From Cuniculiplasma divulgatum (GTDB lineage Archaea > Thermoplasmatota > Thermoplasmata > Thermoplasmatales > Thermoplasmataceae): a stretch of 32,000 nucleotides of DNA. The stretch spans positions 1,906,700-1,938,699 of the forward strand of contig NZ_LT671858.1 of the NCBI RefSeq assembly GCF_900083515.1, given 5' to 3'. The position numbers and the translations under genes are program-made. This document shows positions 31,964-32,000 of this stretch, piece by piece (the stretch's first letter is position 1; each line of letters starts with the position of its first letter). Under the pieces are notes generated by a model. The model was not told the origin of the DNA, ran no database searches, and was given only the letters and a program-made list of their open reading frames with translations.

Positions 31964-32000
31964 GGATCATCATATTTCATTCTAATTTTAAATGTTTCCT

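Noticed and set aside
1-32000. CRISPR arrays, rRNA genes, IS elements or transposases, additional tRNAs
   Set aside because: Reading both strands, I saw no regularly spaced direct repeats. I saw no terminal inverted repeats flanking an ORF and no DDE or serine/tyrosine recombinase motifs. There is no further GGTTCRAATCC-type T-arm beyond the single tRNA-Leu.

Overview
Visibly AT-rich, densely packed archaeal chromosomal segment. It looks Thermoplasmatales-like (Ferroplasma/Thermoplasma-type). Supporting this: a tricorn-factor-type M1 aminopeptidase, an enolase-superfamily gluconate dehydratase of the non-phosphorylative Entner-Doudoroff route, a class II B12 ribonucleotide reductase, a CCA-less long-arm tRNA-Leu, a box C/D sRNA, and TATA-like boxes about 25 nt upstream of start codons (leaderless mRNAs). 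The taxon call is inference, not a database hit.

About 30 protein genes, mostly core metabolism:
- Aromatic amino acids: tyrA and DAHP synthase.
- Sulfur-relay cluster: SQR, TusA, DsrE and a hemerythrin-like protein.
- Aldo/keto reductase, acetyl-CoA synthetase, a DapB-like reductase and an MFS transporter.
- Methionine/one-carbon operon: MetF-like plus a split MetE.
- M1 aminopeptidase and an MthK-type K+ channel.
- nrdJ with two coupled unknown ORFs.
- glyA-pdxT-gcvT.
- Gluconate dehydratase overlapped by a KaiC/RecA-like protein with a degenerate P-loop.

I saw no CRISPR array, rRNA, transposase or integrase.

Items not in the ORF track:
- a textbook box C/D guide sRNA (29713-29774)
- tRNA-Leu(GAG) (20735-20819)
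- a 39-aa nine-cysteine micro-ORF (21999-22118)
- two small coiled-coil ORFs

The most accessory-looking part is 18.46-20.73 kb, next to the tRNA. It holds a repeat-bracketed two-gene membrane cassette of unknown function. Other unexplained loci are a convergent overlapping pair at 9.6-11.5 kb and a protein built of three ~65-aa repeats at 15.2-15.7 kb. None of these can be assigned to a known system from sequence alone.
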